32,000 nucleotides of DNA from an uncultured Planctomycetia bacterium (GTDB taxonomy: Bacteria; Omnitrophota; Gorgyraeia; Duberdicusellales; 4484-171), in contig CAZHYN010000009.1 of assembly GCA_964536865.1 (NCBI GenBank), forward strand, positions 22,674-54,673, written 5' to 3'. The translations under genes were made by a program, and so were the position numbers. The notes below the pieces were generated by a model. It worked only from the letters and a program-made list of their open reading frames with translations, was not told where the DNA came from and did no database searches. Numbering within the stretch: position 1 is the first letter of the stretch; every line of letters begins with the position of its first letter. Shown piece after piece: positions 31,590 through 32,000 of the stretch.

Positions 31590-32000
31590 TTAACTGGATC
31601 TATTTTTAAGAGCAAATCTCACCCAATCTATCTCTTTTGTAGAGAAACCGGCTAATTCTTCTGCCTGAGGCAGATCCTTCGCCTGAGGCGAATCCACCTC
31701 TGGTGGAACCTCGGGTGGAACCTTTGGTGGAAAAGGAGATTTGCCATTTTTATATTTGTTTCTATCCTTGCAATCTGTATGGGGCTTTCTGCCCAAGGCA
31801 GATCCGCCTCTGGCGGAAAAACAATAACAGATAGCCATTAGATTGAGATAACCTTCTATTGCCTGTTTATTTTTCCCAAAGCCTTCTATTGTTTTTAATC
31901 TTCTTTCATACTGTTTTATAAGGTTTTCTAATTGATTGTTAGTATAGGGAAGGAAAGGTGTTTTTAAGTGAGCAAAGATGTTATCTTTATATTTAATAAG
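31590..32000 (-). CDS. 3' part of a DDE-transposase-like gene; 5' end lies outside the window and the tail runs into hairpin repeats
   Basis: The frame is open from the window edge: LIKYKDNIFAHLKTPFLPYTNNQLENLIKQYERRLKTIEGFGKNKQAIEGYLNLMAI. This has the TNNxxE...K.R.k...GF pattern common to C-termini of several DDE transposase families. The last ~80 codons (SARGGSALG...PPEVPPEV) are encoded by GC-rich hairpin/tandem repeats, so the real C-terminus is unclear. Confidence 0.35.
   Translation of the reverse strand, partial: LIKYKDNIFAHLKTPFLPYTNNQLENLIKQYERRLKTIEGFGKNKQAIEGYLNLMAICYCFSARGGSALGRKPHTDCKDRNKYKNGKSPFPPKVPPEVPPEVDSPQAKDLPQAEELAGFSTKEIDWVRFALKNRSS
31660..31817. repeat. Cluster of five 15-nt GC-rich mini-hairpins plus a 12-nt tandem repeat
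   Basis: TCTGCC-TGA-GGCAGA (31660..31674), TTCGCC-TGA-GGCGAA (31678..31692), TCCACC-TCT-GGTGGA (31693..31707), GGTGGAACCTNN x3 (about 31702-31735), TCTGCC-CAA-GGCAGA (31788..31802), TCCGCC-TCT-GGCGGA (31803..31817). Confidence 0.85.

Noticed and set aside
31590-31838. 82-aa track ORF (MAICYCFSARGGSALG...PPEVPPEV...) as an independent gene.
   Set aside because: The frame is open upstream to the window edge, so the Met is internal. Most of the sequence is a translation of GC-rich hairpin and tandem repeats, which gives low-complexity peptide.
1-32000. tRNA, rRNA, tmRNA, RNase P or riboswitch genes in the intergenic regions (5064-5425, 7121-7555, 13404-13614, 17190-17387, 29065-29943).
   Set aside because: I found no T-loop (GGTTCGAATCC-like) or anticodon-arm architecture and no recognisable conserved cores by eye. 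A covariance-model scan (Infernal/Rfam, tRNAscan-SE) would be needed to exclude them formally.

Overview
AT-rich (roughly one third G+C by eye) bacterial chromosome segment, probably from an uncultivated diderm, since an LptD homologue is present. Every credible gene lies on the minus strand. I found no rRNA, tRNA or CRISPR array.

Layout:
(i) 1-1641: the end of a nucleotide-sugar operon (GDP-mannose 3,5-epimerase-like gene) and a MarR-like winged-helix regulator.
(ii) ~1.7-17.2 kb: a mosaic accessory island that splits the glycan locus. It holds five stand-alone AAA+ ATPase cassettes from three subfamilies, each with its own sigma70-like promoter. It also holds a MntA/HepT pair with hepT frameshifted in an A7 run, a Phd-like + 60-aa pair, a minimal nucleotidyltransferase with a small upstream ORF, and an overlapping DEDDh exonuclease + 383-aa orphan pair. 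A four-helix-bundle gene fragment sits between inverted heptamer arrays, and a decayed IS256-like element ends the island. Several gene fossils are present. The island is bracketed by a perfect 496-bp direct repeat and a second 367/368-bp repeat.
(iii) 17.4-25.4 kb: nucleotide-sugar genes (CDP-paratose-epimerase-like, DegT aminotransferase, UDP-xylose synthase, two dehydrogenases, a 4-epimerase) with two translationally coupled small unknown proteins inside the operon.
(iv) 25.3-29.1 kb: lptD, transaldolase and a ROK kinase.
(v) 29.1-32 kb: a second accessory patch with an argH 5' fossil, a gene fragment carrying an in-frame TAG, a higher-GC secreted protein, an AbiEii-like pair, a cluster of GC-rich mini-hairpins and a transposase-like 3' fragment.

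The most promising candidate for something undescribed is the exonuclease/orphan pair with a possible convergent antisense RNA, set within the array of self-promoted ATPase cassettes. All functional calls rest on motif recognition by eye. No database search was run.
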